A stretch of 64,000 nucleotides of DNA from a virus. Its lineage: Duplodnaviria; Caudoviricetes. Location: positions 1-64,000 of IMG/VR virus record IMGVR_UViG_3300005345_000001. The stretch is one strand, 5' to 3'. Under the pieces are notes generated by a model. It saw only the letters and a list, made by a program, of their open reading frames with translations, was not told the DNA's origin and did no database searches. The position numbers and the translations under genes are program-made. Positions 37,148-47,169 of the stretch are shown here, piece after piece. Numbering within the stretch: position 1 is the stretch's first letter; each line of letters begins with the position of its first letter.

Positions 37148-37275
37148 AAGTCAGTCCTGTGATTTGTGCCGCGCCCCTGGATGCTTCAAACATCGCAGGG
37201 GCAATTAGCTTGTAGTGCAACGGAATCGGCGTAAAAAGTCAATCCTGTGATAAGCCAGCACAACCAAACATAATT

Positions 37276-38463
37276 ATGCCAAGTCCATTCGGGCCGATTC
37301 CATATAGGTCACCAGTGGCACCACCCGCCGATCCATATACGGGGTTAGGCTGGCCCATCCCAATGCCAAGACTCATGGCGCCGGAGTCCACTGGATTCCC
37401 GGTCCGACTGGGATGGTCTGAGGCGCCACCTCCAGCACCACCCGCGCCATCAGGATATATCGGTAACACATACCTCCCTGATTATAATGATTTGTATCCT
37501 ACGCCGATCCGACAGCCGCATTCAGCTGACTACTATGGGCCTGGCCCGGAAGTTTCTATTCCACCAGAGCCTGCGCTACCACCAGTTGCACCACCGCCTA
37601 ATGCTGGAAACATAGGAAACACCTACCTACCTAACTACGACGATGTCATGAACGAAGGCGTGAGAAGCGGTATCGCGACGCCACCTTTAGCTGCCCCCCC
37701 TTGGCTGGATCGAATCGCCGCTATGATGAGTGGAGCCGGTCACGGTCAGCAACTGTCTCCTCCTCCCTCTCGCCGTTACAGCTTGGGCATCCCAAAGACT
37801 GACTTCATCTATACCAATCCTGTCGCAGCGCAGCAGGCAGCCGCCAGTCTATCGGCACGACTTGGTTACGAGCAGCAGCAGGATCAAGGCTACCGGCAGT
37901 ACCTGATTGCACAGGAGCAGGCCAGGCAGGCAAACGCCAACCAGGCACAACGGCTGGCTGAGAACGAAAAGGATCGGGCCCTGCAACGGGAAGGCTTTGC
38001 CAGTTCCGAACGTAGCGCGGCCAATCGTGCTTACGGCTACAGCGACTTCGACCGCAGACAGGCGGCTAGAGAGAAGGAGTTGGCTGAACAGAAGCTCATC
38101 GCTGACCGGGCTAACTACAGAAGTGCGGTAGCTCTGGCTAATGCGCTTAATAGTTCGACAGTTCCACCGATCCAAAAGAATAAGACGGCCCTGGCCAATC
38201 CAGGCCTTGTGAACCTAGATCCATCTGGGAGATATGTTCCATCTATGCCCAATCCAGATCTAGCCGCTCCCGGGGTGACGACAATCGGCCAACTGCAAAG
38301 CGGCATTGCCGCTCGGCAACAGCAGATCCGTGACGCTGCTACTCCTCCGCCAGCATATCCCCAGCTTAATCCAGCTGCGCCTACCCCTGCACCTGCGCCG
38401 TCTGTCCCGTGGTATCAACGATGGTTTGGACATCCAACCGCACCACTCCAGGCTGCCCCATAA
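37276..38463 (+). CDS. Pro-rich ejection / internal virion protein
   Basis: Between the pilot and the giant protein; Pro-rich ends, Gln/Ala coiled-coil core, no Cys; internal duplicate IGNTYLPxYxD. Confidence 0.6.
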   Translation: MPSPFGPIPYRSPVAPPADPYTGLGWPIPMPRLMAPESTGFPVRLGWSEAPPPAPPAPSGYIGNTYLPDYNDLYPTPIRQPHSADYYGPGPEVSIPPEPALPPVAPPPNAGNIGNTYLPNYDDVMNEGVRSGIATPPLAAPPWLDRIAAMMSGAGHGQQLSPPPSRRYSLGIPKTDFIYTNPVAAQQAAASLSARLGYEQQQDQGYRQYLIAQEQARQANANQAQRLAENEKDRALQREGFASSERSAANRAYGYSDFDRRQAAREKELAEQKLIADRANYRSAVALANALNSSTVPPIQKNKTALANPGLVNLDPSGRYVPSMPNPDLAAPGVTTIGQLQSGIAARQQQIRDAATPPPAYPQLNPAAPTPAPAPSVPWYQRWFGHPTAPLQAAP

Positions 38464-41400
38464 ATGCCCCGCCTCGTCAATCTGGGTGAGGGCTACGGTG
38501 TAGTCGCTTGGCCTGACGAGGCTAGCGATGAGCAGATCGTTAATGACTACAACGCGCTGGAGTCGGAACGCCTTCGAGCTATCGAGGAAGGCAAGCTCGT
38601 CAATGCCCGTCTGGCCGATATCATGGAGAGCAATCGGCCCACCCTGGGCAAAACTCTCCTGCGCGGTGCACTTGGACTCAGAGAGGGCGCGGCTGGTATC
38701 ACTAAACAGGCTGTTGGTAATCTAGCCAGGAGCCTCGTTGTTCCGGAAGGTGGTTTACAGGTCAGCACCCGCCCAACCAATCCCATGGCTCCAGCTAGGT
38801 TGCTGGAGGAAGCTGGGAAAGGGTTGGCCGCAGAGGGCACAAAACAACTTGAGGAAGCCGAGTATGAAGGAGAGCGATTGGGTGGAGGATTGCCGGGCCA
38901 GATAGCGGGGACCGTCGGAACAATAGCCGGCGCCAGTGCGCCGGCCCTCTTGGCTGCTCCATTGGGCTTACCGGCTGCGGCTATCGCAGGAGGTGTTACC
39001 GCCTATGGCCCAACTGCTGAGCAATTCAAAGAACGGCTGATGCAGCTTAATCCTAACCTCTCAGAGGAGGAGGCTTACAGGAAGGCAGAAGGACCAGCTG
39101 GATTGGTGGCAGTGGCAACCGGCTTATTGACCAGAGCGTTCGGAGGAACCGAGCGGCTCATCGAACACATCACCCGCACCGGATTAAAGCAGCAAGGCGT
39201 TGAGTCACTCTTCAAGCAGGTATTCAAGGCCGCTTCATTGGAGGCGCCGGAGGAATTCACCCAACAGCTGGCCCAGGGTTACACCGAGAAAGCTTACATC
39301 GATCCAAACAAGCCGGTTGGCGAGATCTGGAACGAATCCGGGCTAGCCGCACTGGCTGGGTTCGGGTTGGGTGGAGCGACAGCCGGCGGCATCCTCATCT
39401 CGGCCAGGCTCGGTGGAGCCGCCGTGCAACGAATCGAAACAGCTCTCGAACCAGGGCGGCTGCGCCGGCAATCACGCCGCGCATCCGTAGAGAGAATCAA
39501 ACAAGCCATAGCAGAAAGAGAGGCTCAAGATGCCCAAGCAGCTCGAACAACAATTGAAGCGCCAAGCCAACAAGCACAAAGGCTGGAGCAAGAAGCGCAA
39601 GAACGCCTACGTGTACGGGGCGCTGAGGAAAACCGGGTGGAAGCCCAGCCGGGAGCGGTAACAGATCCGTGGGACCAGCTGAATCGCCAGTATGGTAAAT
39701 CGGACAATCCGTTAGCATCGGATAGTTTAGTTATCCAAAACGAACAGGGTGTTGTCTCCATACAGGGTCGAAGTATTGATGGGAATCTTGTTGAGGTTGG
39801 AAAATTTACACCGGAAGAAAGCGCTGAATGGATTGCAGCAGATGCGCTACCTAGAGCTGAAAGGCGCGCTGCACAAACCGCTATACGAAATCGAATTGCT
39901 CAACGGATGCTACAGCCAGCCCAGCCGGGAGCGGTAACGCCTCCGCCGTTGCCGACTCCACCTACTGCGCGCTTCCAGATCGGTGAGCGCGTGGGCATGG
40001 ACAACGGAATAACGGGGACAGTCCGTCCTGCGACAAAGTCTGGCTATGGGTTTGCTGTTGGCGACCCGGTTGTATTCGGCGATGGCACTGACGATCAATA
40101 CCCGCTCCACGAGATGTGGAAGCCGTTGGCCGATATAAAGCGCGAGATCGCTACTAAGCCGTTCAATCGGTTAGAGGCAGTAGCAGCTGTCCCGAGTTAT
40201 CCATTCATTCCTCCAGCACTTGTTGATCGAGCGCTCGCAACAATGGAGCGGCTGCACAACCGGCTAATCGATCGCGGGATTGACCCAGATACGTCCGCTG
40301 CTAACAGAGAACCAGAGCATCAACTGATGCAGCAGATCACTGGCTCGCTTGAGCGGCTTGGTCGGCAGAACAAATCGGTCCAGAAGAAGTATAAGCGCGC
40401 AAATGCCAAGACAGCAGCCGATGCGTTAGCCCAGGTTAATGAACGGTTGCAGGCGGCCGATGCCTTGCCAGCGCAACCCCCCGCAGGGACGGAGCTGCTC
40501 TCGCCGGCTCAACAGCGCATCCCAATTGAGATCCAGCGTGCCGATGGAACGCGGGTAAAGGGCGAGTTCAACGGTTACTACGATCTACGGTCTATGGGTC
40601 GTGGCACAGTTCCGTCCGTTGGATGGCTCAACGCGGAGGGCAAGATGACCCATGGCCTGTTGGGCGCAGGGGAGACCATCATCGGAACTGTTCCGACGTT
40701 CGAGGAATGGATGGCCAGCAAGCAGCAGCAGTCTCCATCCGATCTAAGGCGTCTGGAAGATTCCACCGCTTTTGGTATGGCCGGGCCAGAGTTTGGCACG
40801 GTTGACTGGCGTGCGTTTACGACGGAACACCCAAATGGAAACATCGTAGACTGGGCTAAACTCAGGGCTGAAGTGGAGTCTGGAAGGCTCAATGGTGGAG
40901 AAGCCGGCAATGCGTTATTGCTGCATTTTCTTAGACGCTCAGATCTGCATCCAGCCGAGATTGCCATTCTTGATGTGACGCCGGCTGATGTTGCCGGCAT
41001 TAGTGAAACCGGCACTGGATTCTATGGCAGGCATATATCCTACGAAGTCCTGCCATCGATGATACAAATAGTCGCCCGTGGGTTTCATGGTAACACGATC
41101 AGCCAGGCGGAGTTTGTCAGGACACTTAACCATGAGCTTACCCACAACAACATCACAGCCAAGTGGGAATCGGCATCGATGGATGTCAGACAAGACCTGG
41201 CGGATCTATTCTCATTCATCGTGGATAGGAGTAAGGGCACTGAATTCGAAAACCACAACCTGGTGAAGAATGCCGGGGAATTGCTAGCCGAAGCATTCTC
41301 CAACCCAGCCGTCCAGCGTTGGATGGCATCCTTAGATTATTCGATGCACGTCCGGCGCGACGAGCGGGGACGTCCCCTAATCCCGCCGCCACAGTTCCGC

Positions 41401-44400
41401 AAGTCAGTGTTCCGTCAGTTCTTGGAAATCGTTAAGCGCATTCTGCGCCTCCCGGATTTCCTCACCGACATGTTTGGCAATCGTGTGGAGACGATCACGG
41501 CATTGGATCAGGCAATTAACCTTGGCAATCAGTTAGAAGGGACGCGCCGTGTCGCGCCAAATACTCCAATCGTAAGTTATTCGCCGGCCACTCCGCCAGC
41601 TGCTCCCACTACTGGGCCTCCGCCAACCCCTCCACCCATCGAGGGCATGCAGGTGGCGGGAGGTGCAGCAGAGGTGGGGAGGATCGCTGAGGAGATTTAC
41701 GCCAAACGCGAGCAAGGCGCCGCCGCTCTGGAGGGCCTGGCTTTCGAACGGCGCCAATATCGGGTGGCTAAAGGAGAGCTCAAGCGCTTAGCCGGTATCG
41801 CCACCGGCCGCTTCATCACGGACGGTATCACCGCCGAGCAGCTGAAGGGTTATCCGGACCCAATGGAGAACGTCGGCATTGAGGAAGGCCAGATCAATGT
41901 GGGGCCGGATTTCGCCACCAAGCTCAATGCCGTCCAGGTGGACTTTAATCCGGCTAATGTCCACGACATGCAGGGGGAGCTGTTCTACGAGAATGCAGCC
42001 CATCGATTGGTCAAACTGCGGGACCGCATAAATAGTTTGGTCCAAGCGGCCAGTTATTACGAGATACTTAAGGTAGATCCGGATGAGCAGAAGAAACTGG
42101 CTGAGCAGATAGCCAAGCTCCAAGCCAAAGAGGCCATATTCGGTCAAGCCACCTGGAACGGGCAGAGTGTAGCCGAGCGGGCCGCTGAAATTGAGGCGAC
42201 CAACGCGCAACGTCAGGACCGATTCGCACAACGCAATGCCCTAGGCCTGGACCCCGTCATCGAATTCTTTGGCGATAACGTTGGTTCCTACCGGAACTTT
42301 TCCGATAAAGCACAAGCCGGATTGGCCATGGCGCAGGCGATTCAGGCCAATGCCCCACCCGACCAGGTGGCTGCCGCCGCTGCTCAAGTCCAGCAGTGGG
42401 TAACCCTCTCCACTGATGTACAGAATGCCATCCGCAATGGCTTCCCGCTCAACAAGGAACAGAAGGCTTCCATCTTCGCCGCCATAGCCAAAACATTCGA
42501 AGACTTCGATATCCAGCGTAACCGCATGCTGGAGCTTCAGAAGACAGAAGAGCCCAAGATTGCGGCCAGAATCGCTGACCTGCTCCGTAATATTACGGAT
42601 GCTAAAATAGAGTCGGGTTTATCGGAAGTCTTGCTGGCCGATGTCCGCGATACGCTCGAAGGGGAAATTGGGCGGACCGGCACCTTGGACTCCCAAGAGC
42701 GGGCGCAGGAATTAAAGAACCGCCTTTTTGCCATCCGTAGTTTTGCGGAATGGATGGGGCGCAACATCGAGACCAATCGCGCTCTGTTCGACGCGCTGGT
42801 CAGCCCGGTCGGACAGCGAGAATACGCCTTATCCGCCAACCAGAATTACGGCACTGACCCCAAGACAGTGGCCATGATTATCGCGGAGGCTAAGCGCAAC
42901 CCGGACTTCTCCTCTGCCGTCGTCAATCTCATCGAGGCCTCAGACAAGAAGTTGTTGCAGCTTCCGGTCGCCCAGCTTGAGCGCATCCAGGAACTGTTAG
43001 CCGAAGGAGACCCGGACGGGGCCAAAGCGGTGGCAGACAACCTTCAGAAGATGGCTCTGTCCAGGGCTTCAGCTGCCAACACTGCGGTGCGCTCGGCTAT
43101 GAAGGAATTGGATACCCTTCAGATCCAGCAAAAGACCCTGCTAGAGGGTAACGCCATGTTCAATGAAGTGGCAGCTCTCCCTGAGTATACGCAGATCCGT
43201 GACATCGTTAACGCTTCCCCCTACGGCCTGACCGAGCCGATGGTCGAACAGAATAACACGGCCACCACCTTCAAGCCATTCGGAACCAAAGAGACTGCCA
43301 ATCATCCAGGCCTGGTGCTGGGTGCGGCCGATGATTTCGTCCTTAAGGGTAAGTGGTTTAAGAAGGTCAATGCATGGCACCGGGCAGCGCAGGATTACGT
43401 CGATGAATATGACCAAAGGCTCACAGCTCACGTATCGGATCCGAAGGTTAATCCATCGCCTGAAGTGTTGGGCTATGACGCCGCTAAGGTCCGTGGATTG
43501 CGAGATGCGGTGGAACGCTTCGTCCCCGGCAGCTTCCTGGAAGCCTCGTTGCTTTCGGAGGAGAAGCGCTGGAAGGTGCCGGCCCTGATTCGTCACGCCT
43601 CCAAATGGTCCTGGTTCCGGCAGCACGACTTTGTCGCCAAGATGGTAGGTGGCATTGCTGGGACTGACCTGCGTGGCCGGCTGGGAGATTTCGTTAACCA
43701 TTTCCTGAAAGCTCGCCACGTCATCCAGAAGTATCAGGACATCCCCGACCTGATCAATAAGGCGATGAAGTCCCATCCGGAGGTGCAGCTTAACCTGGCC
43801 AACTACCGGGTGGTGTTCAACGAGCTGGCTCACTGGGGTCGTCAGTTCGGTTCTCCGGTCCGGGCCGGCTTTGTTCTGCCATTGTCCGGCACCATCGTCA
43901 CCAAAGAGGACATGGAACTCCTGCGGCAGGAGGTTGCTTTCGAAGAGGATCTGCGCCGCAACGTCACCGAGACTCGGCCGGTGGAAGGGGTGCGGCTCCA
44001 GGTCGGTAAGCGCACTCTGGTCCGGCCCGGCGCCTATGTGGGCGACCCTGGCAAGGGTCTTCCGCGCCATCTCAATCGTAAGGCTGATTCCTTCATCGCA
44101 GACATCCTCGCCGCCTACGGCACCAACACGGCTGGGTTTGATGTTAACGCTAATCCTCAAGATCCAATCATCGCTTTCTGGAATAAGCGGCTGCCGATGT
44201 TAACCCAGCATGTGCTGGATATTCGTCGGCAGGACCGGCTCATGCGCATCAGTCCGCAGATGCAACAGGCTTATCAGGACCTGGCCAACGAATGGATGGG
44301 GACGACGGGGAAAGCTCCAGCCCTTACCAGCTTCGAAGAGCTGGTAAATTTCCTAGTCGCCAAGTATCCCCACACCCCTGGCGTTAACACCCGAGACGAG

Positions 44401-47169
44401 GTGATGCGGGGATTAAACTCTGAGCTGCGCCAATATCGGGACGCTGCCAGCTCCATCAATGCCGATCGAGCGGAAGCCTCCCAGAGCCGTCACGGTCGGG
44501 TGACCATACCTTTCTCTGCCCAGAACGAGTTCACGCGCCCTGCGGCACAGCTGGAGCTTCCCAGCAGCCTCTACGATTATGGTGCCCTGACCCAAGGAGA
44601 GCACTTAGCCATCACCTCCCGGGCCAACCATGAACGGGTCGTGGCCTACGCCACCGCCGTGCAGCGGGCTGTTAACGAGTTACAGAACCGAGTCAATCGG
44701 GTCGAGGCCAAAGAGATTACCGAAGAGCAGGCTGCCCAATCTTACGGGGGCAACTTCAGCGAGTTGAAGGATGTGCTGGGGATCCTGCGCGCCATCCTGG
44801 ATGACTTCACCCAGGCCTACAAACTGGGCAATCCCGCTCTGACTCAAAGCGAATGGTATCGCGAGGGCTTTGGTGCAATGACTAGCGCAGTGCTAGCGCT
44901 GCCCACGGTGGGTATTCGCAACATGACGGGTGGCCAGTTCGAAACGTACCTGATGAGTCGGGCCATGGGCTTGGCTGGCCAGCGCTTAACGATGTGGCGT
45001 GCGCTCAAGAATATGGGTCGCACCGTGACCCGACTTGCTCTGAGCCTAGGTCATAGCGTCGCCAAACAGAGTGATGCGCTGGGAGGGCTGTTGACCGGCA
45101 AGGATCAGGAGACCTTCCAGAAGCTAGTCGAGAACATCGCCTCGATGCTCTTCCAGCCTGACTTCCGCGCCTCCGGGGAGCGCGTCAATCAGCTGGGCTA
45201 CGATACCCGCGACCGGCTTCTTAATCGCCTCTCACGCATCTGGCAGGACACAGCCGAAACAACTACCACAGAAGAGCTTGGGCATCCAGAGAGGACCAAG
45301 CGCCGCAAACTCATACTGGCTGGGCCCAAGGCGATCCGCGCCATCTTCGACAAGATTGGTGTCCAGCAATACGATCAAGCCATCAACGCCTCGCTCCTGA
45401 CTTATTCCGACTGGCTGTCCAAGCGGTTGGAGGAAGTGGCGATGAACTACGGATCCGCCAGAGAAGCGGCTGGCCTTACCCAGTTCGACGTCACTGATCC
45501 CAAGTGGCAGCTCCAGCCTCATGAATGGAGCGCTTTCAGGAGCAGCAAACAGAACGAAGATTCGTTGGCCCTGTTCCGAACCTTCCTTGAAGCCTCCGCT
45601 AACGCCGAAGGATTCCAGTTGGAGCGCAACCTGTGGCGTTACTATCAAGAAGCCAAGGCCGGTAATCACCCCAAGATATTCACAGACAATCAGTTCGATG
45701 CCGTCAGCCGCCGATTACTCTCTGAATTCAATGCTTCCACACCTGCCAACCGTGCCAGTGCCGCCGCCGGTAATCGGGTTATTCGCAACTTATTGACACT
45801 GCAAGGGTATACGTCTGATGGGCTTCTAAAACTTGTCAACAGTTTCGGCGCTGTCCGGGATCGCGGAGATCTGGCTCAGACCATGAGCAAGCTCCCTCAC
45901 CTGGCGACCCTGGCGTTGATGGCCGTTCTCATCGGGGCTTTCTCCCTATCCCTGACCGGCCAATGGGAGAAGACGATGCGAGGACGCATGCCCAGCATGG
46001 CCACTCCGCTGGACAAGGATTTCTACAGCAGTGTTGGCCGTTTCCTCAGCAACATCTCCAGCTTAGGCATGGCGCAGTTGTTCTATGTAGGAGACATCCT
46101 GTTACAGCTCAAAGGGGAGGTGGTGGGCAACCGTGGCTTTGATCCATTGGGTCGCGTGTTCCCCGTGTCCATTGTGCAGCGGGCCTGGCGCACGCTGGTA
46201 GGGATGTATAACACCGCTAAGAGCGGCCAGGCTGATGTCGGCCAGGTGTTGGCGCCCATGGCCGATTACGGTCGCAGCGTCATCCCGTATTGGGCTGAGG
46301 CGGAGAGGCTCTTCGGAGCCCAACAGTCACTGACCAAACAGACCGAGCGGCTCTACCGGACTGAGGGCAACTATCAGGAACTCCTGCCTGAAGCCCGCAT
46401 GGCATCGGCGGGCCCAAACTATCAGCCCACGACAATCATTCGCCGCGATCTGAGCGATGCCGTCTCTGCGCTCTTCGAGGCTCGGGAAGCTAAGGATTCC
46501 GTCAAAGCTCAAGCCGCCCTTCTGGAAGGCCAGCGGCAGATGAAGAAGCTGGAGGATTTTTACACCGCCAAATACGTGGCGCTGGGTGACGATGAACTCA
46601 CAGCTCGGGAGAAAGCGTCGCGGGACGTGTGGAACGATTATCAGAGTCTCAACCCAGTGGTAGCGGGGCTGTTAGGTAAACGGCCCACGCAAGCCCAATA
46701 CGAACTGTTGCAGAAGGGTCTCACTGGAGAACGTGGAGCGCTGGCCAAGAGAGGTGTCGAAGCCTGGCAGAATGGCGCCTGGGAATTGTTCGGCCGCGAA
46801 GGGGTGGTCAGCCGTGAGGACGTGGCGCTGGGCCGGGGAGGTGGCCAGGCCAAGGTTGCTCCAATCACTAGCCCCTACCAGATAATCGGTGTGGCCGGGG
46901 CCCCTCGTGACCGGGTGCGCGCCATCCAAATCGGTAACACCGGTTACCTGCGTCCGGCCCGTCCGGCTCGGCCCCTGCGTCCATTGCGCATTGGTGGACG
47001 CGCCACGTCCCGATCCCGATCTGGCGCCCGCCCGCCTCGGCCCGGTGGGGCCCGACCGGCTGGTGGCCCATCGGTGGTGCGCCCCAAAACCAGGCTGGGC
47101 CGGCTCCGGCGCTTGAACCGACGCATCAAAGGGCGTATGGGTCGCCGCCAGACTTATACGTTCGAATGA
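38464..47169 (+). CDS. Giant (2901 aa) ejection / polyvalent protein with zincin-like motif
   Basis: EAPEEFTQQ motif and Gly/Ala hydrophobic segments near the N-terminus, NHELTH...ELLAEAF metallopeptidase-like motif, no Cys seen, Arg-rich C-tail. Confidence 0.75.
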   Translation: MPRLVNLGEGYGVVAWPDEASDEQIVNDYNALESERLRAIEEGKLVNARLADIMESNRPTLGKTLLRGALGLREGAAGITKQAVGNLARSLVVPEGGLQVSTRPTNPMAPARLLEEAGKGLAAEGTKQLEEAEYEGERLGGGLPGQIAGTVGTIAGASAPALLAAPLGLPAAAIAGGVTAYGPTAEQFKERLMQLNPNLSEEEAYRKAEGPAGLVAVATGLLTRAFGGTERLIEHITRTGLKQQGVESLFKQVFKAASLEAPEEFTQQLAQGYTEKAYIDPNKPVGEIWNESGLAALAGFGLGGATAGGILISARLGGAAVQRIETALEPGRLRRQSRRASVERIKQAIAEREAQDAQAARTTIEAPSQQAQRLEQEAQERLRVRGAEENRVEAQPGAVTDPWDQLNRQYGKSDNPLASDSLVIQNEQGVVSIQGRSIDGNLVEVGKFTPEESAEWIAADALPRAERRAAQTAIRNRIAQRMLQPAQPGAVTPPPLPTPPTARFQIGERVGMDNGITGTVRPATKSGYGFAVGDPVVFGDGTDDQYPLHEMWKPLADIKREIATKPFNRLEAVAAVPSYPFIPPALVDRALATMERLHNRLIDRGIDPDTSAANREPEHQLMQQITGSLERLGRQNKSVQKKYKRANAKTAADALAQVNERLQAADALPAQPPAGTELLSPAQQRIPIEIQRADGTRVKGEFNGYYDLRSMGRGTVPSVGWLNAEGKMTHGLLGAGETIIGTVPTFEEWMASKQQQSPSDLRRLEDSTAFGMAGPEFGTVDWRAFTTEHPNGNIVDWAKLRAEVESGRLNGGEAGNALLLHFLRRSDLHPAEIAILDVTPADVAGISETGTGFYGRHISYEVLPSMIQIVARGFHGNTISQAEFVRTLNHELTHNNITAKWESASMDVRQDLADLFSFIVDRSKGTEFENHNLVKNAGELLAEAFSNPAVQRWMASLDYSMHVRRDERGRPLIPPPQFRKSVFRQFLEIVKRILRLPDFLTDMFGNRVETITALDQAINLGNQLEGTRRVAPNTPIVSYSPATPPAAPTTGPPPTPPPIEGMQVAGGAAEVGRIAEEIYAKREQGAAALEGLAFERRQYRVAKGELKRLAGIATGRFITDGITAEQLKGYPDPMENVGIEEGQINVGPDFATKLNAVQVDFNPANVHDMQGELFYENAAHRLVKLRDRINSLVQAASYYEILKVDPDEQKKLAEQIAKLQAKEAIFGQATWNGQSVAERAAEIEATNAQRQDRFAQRNALGLDPVIEFFGDNVGSYRNFSDKAQAGLAMAQAIQANAPPDQVAAAAAQVQQWVTLSTDVQNAIRNGFPLNKEQKASIFAAIAKTFEDFDIQRNRMLELQKTEEPKIAARIADLLRNITDAKIESGLSEVLLADVRDTLEGEIGRTGTLDSQERAQELKNRLFAIRSFAEWMGRNIETNRALFDALVSPVGQREYALSANQNYGTDPKTVAMIIAEAKRNPDFSSAVVNLIEASDKKLLQLPVAQLERIQELLAEGDPDGAKAVADNLQKMALSRASAANTAVRSAMKELDTLQIQQKTLLEGNAMFNEVAALPEYTQIRDIVNASPYGLTEPMVEQNNTATTFKPFGTKETANHPGLVLGAADDFVLKGKWFKKVNAWHRAAQDYVDEYDQRLTAHVSDPKVNPSPEVLGYDAAKVRGLRDAVERFVPGSFLEASLLSEEKRWKVPALIRHASKWSWFRQHDFVAKMVGGIAGTDLRGRLGDFVNHFLKARHVIQKYQDIPDLINKAMKSHPEVQLNLANYRVVFNELAHWGRQFGSPVRAGFVLPLSGTIVTKEDMELLRQEVAFEEDLRRNVTETRPVEGVRLQVGKRTLVRPGAYVGDPGKGLPRHLNRKADSFIADILAAYGTNTAGFDVNANPQDPIIAFWNKRLPMLTQHVLDIRRQDRLMRISPQMQQAYQDLANEWMGTTGKAPALTSFEELVNFLVAKYPHTPGVNTRDEVMRGLNSELRQYRDAASSINADRAEASQSRHGRVTIPFSAQNEFTRPAAQLELPSSLYDYGALTQGEHLAITSRANHERVVAYATAVQRAVNELQNRVNRVEAKEITEEQAAQSYGGNFSELKDVLGILRAILDDFTQAYKLGNPALTQSEWYREGFGAMTSAVLALPTVGIRNMTGGQFETYLMSRAMGLAGQRLTMWRALKNMGRTVTRLALSLGHSVAKQSDALGGLLTGKDQETFQKLVENIASMLFQPDFRASGERVNQLGYDTRDRLLNRLSRIWQDTAETTTTEELGHPERTKRRKLILAGPKAIRAIFDKIGVQQYDQAINASLLTYSDWLSKRLEEVAMNYGSAREAAGLTQFDVTDPKWQLQPHEWSAFRSSKQNEDSLALFRTFLEASANAEGFQLERNLWRYYQEAKAGNHPKIFTDNQFDAVSRRLLSEFNASTPANRASAAAGNRVIRNLLTLQGYTSDGLLKLVNSFGAVRDRGDLAQTMSKLPHLATLALMAVLIGAFSLSLTGQWEKTMRGRMPSMATPLDKDFYSSVGRFLSNISSLGMAQLFYVGDILLQLKGEVVGNRGFDPLGRVFPVSIVQRAWRTLVGMYNTAKSGQADVGQVLAPMADYGRSVIPYWAEAERLFGAQQSLTKQTERLYRTEGNYQELLPEARMASAGPNYQPTTIIRRDLSDAVSALFEAREAKDSVKAQAALLEGQRQMKKLEDFYTAKYVALGDDELTAREKASRDVWNDYQSLNPVVAGLLGKRPTQAQYELLQKGLTGERGALAKRGVEAWQNGAWELFGREGVVSREDVALGRGGGQAKVAPITSPYQIIGVAGAPRDRVRAIQIGNTGYLRPARPARPLRPLRIGGRATSRSRSGARPPRPGGARPAGGPSVVRPKTRLGRLRRLNRRIKGRMGRRQTYTFE
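39642..39938 (+). repeat. Exact 21-nt direct repeat (39642-39662 and 39918-39938)
   Basis: agcccagccgggagcggtaac twice, 276 nt apart, in frame (AQPGAVT). Confidence 0.9.
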
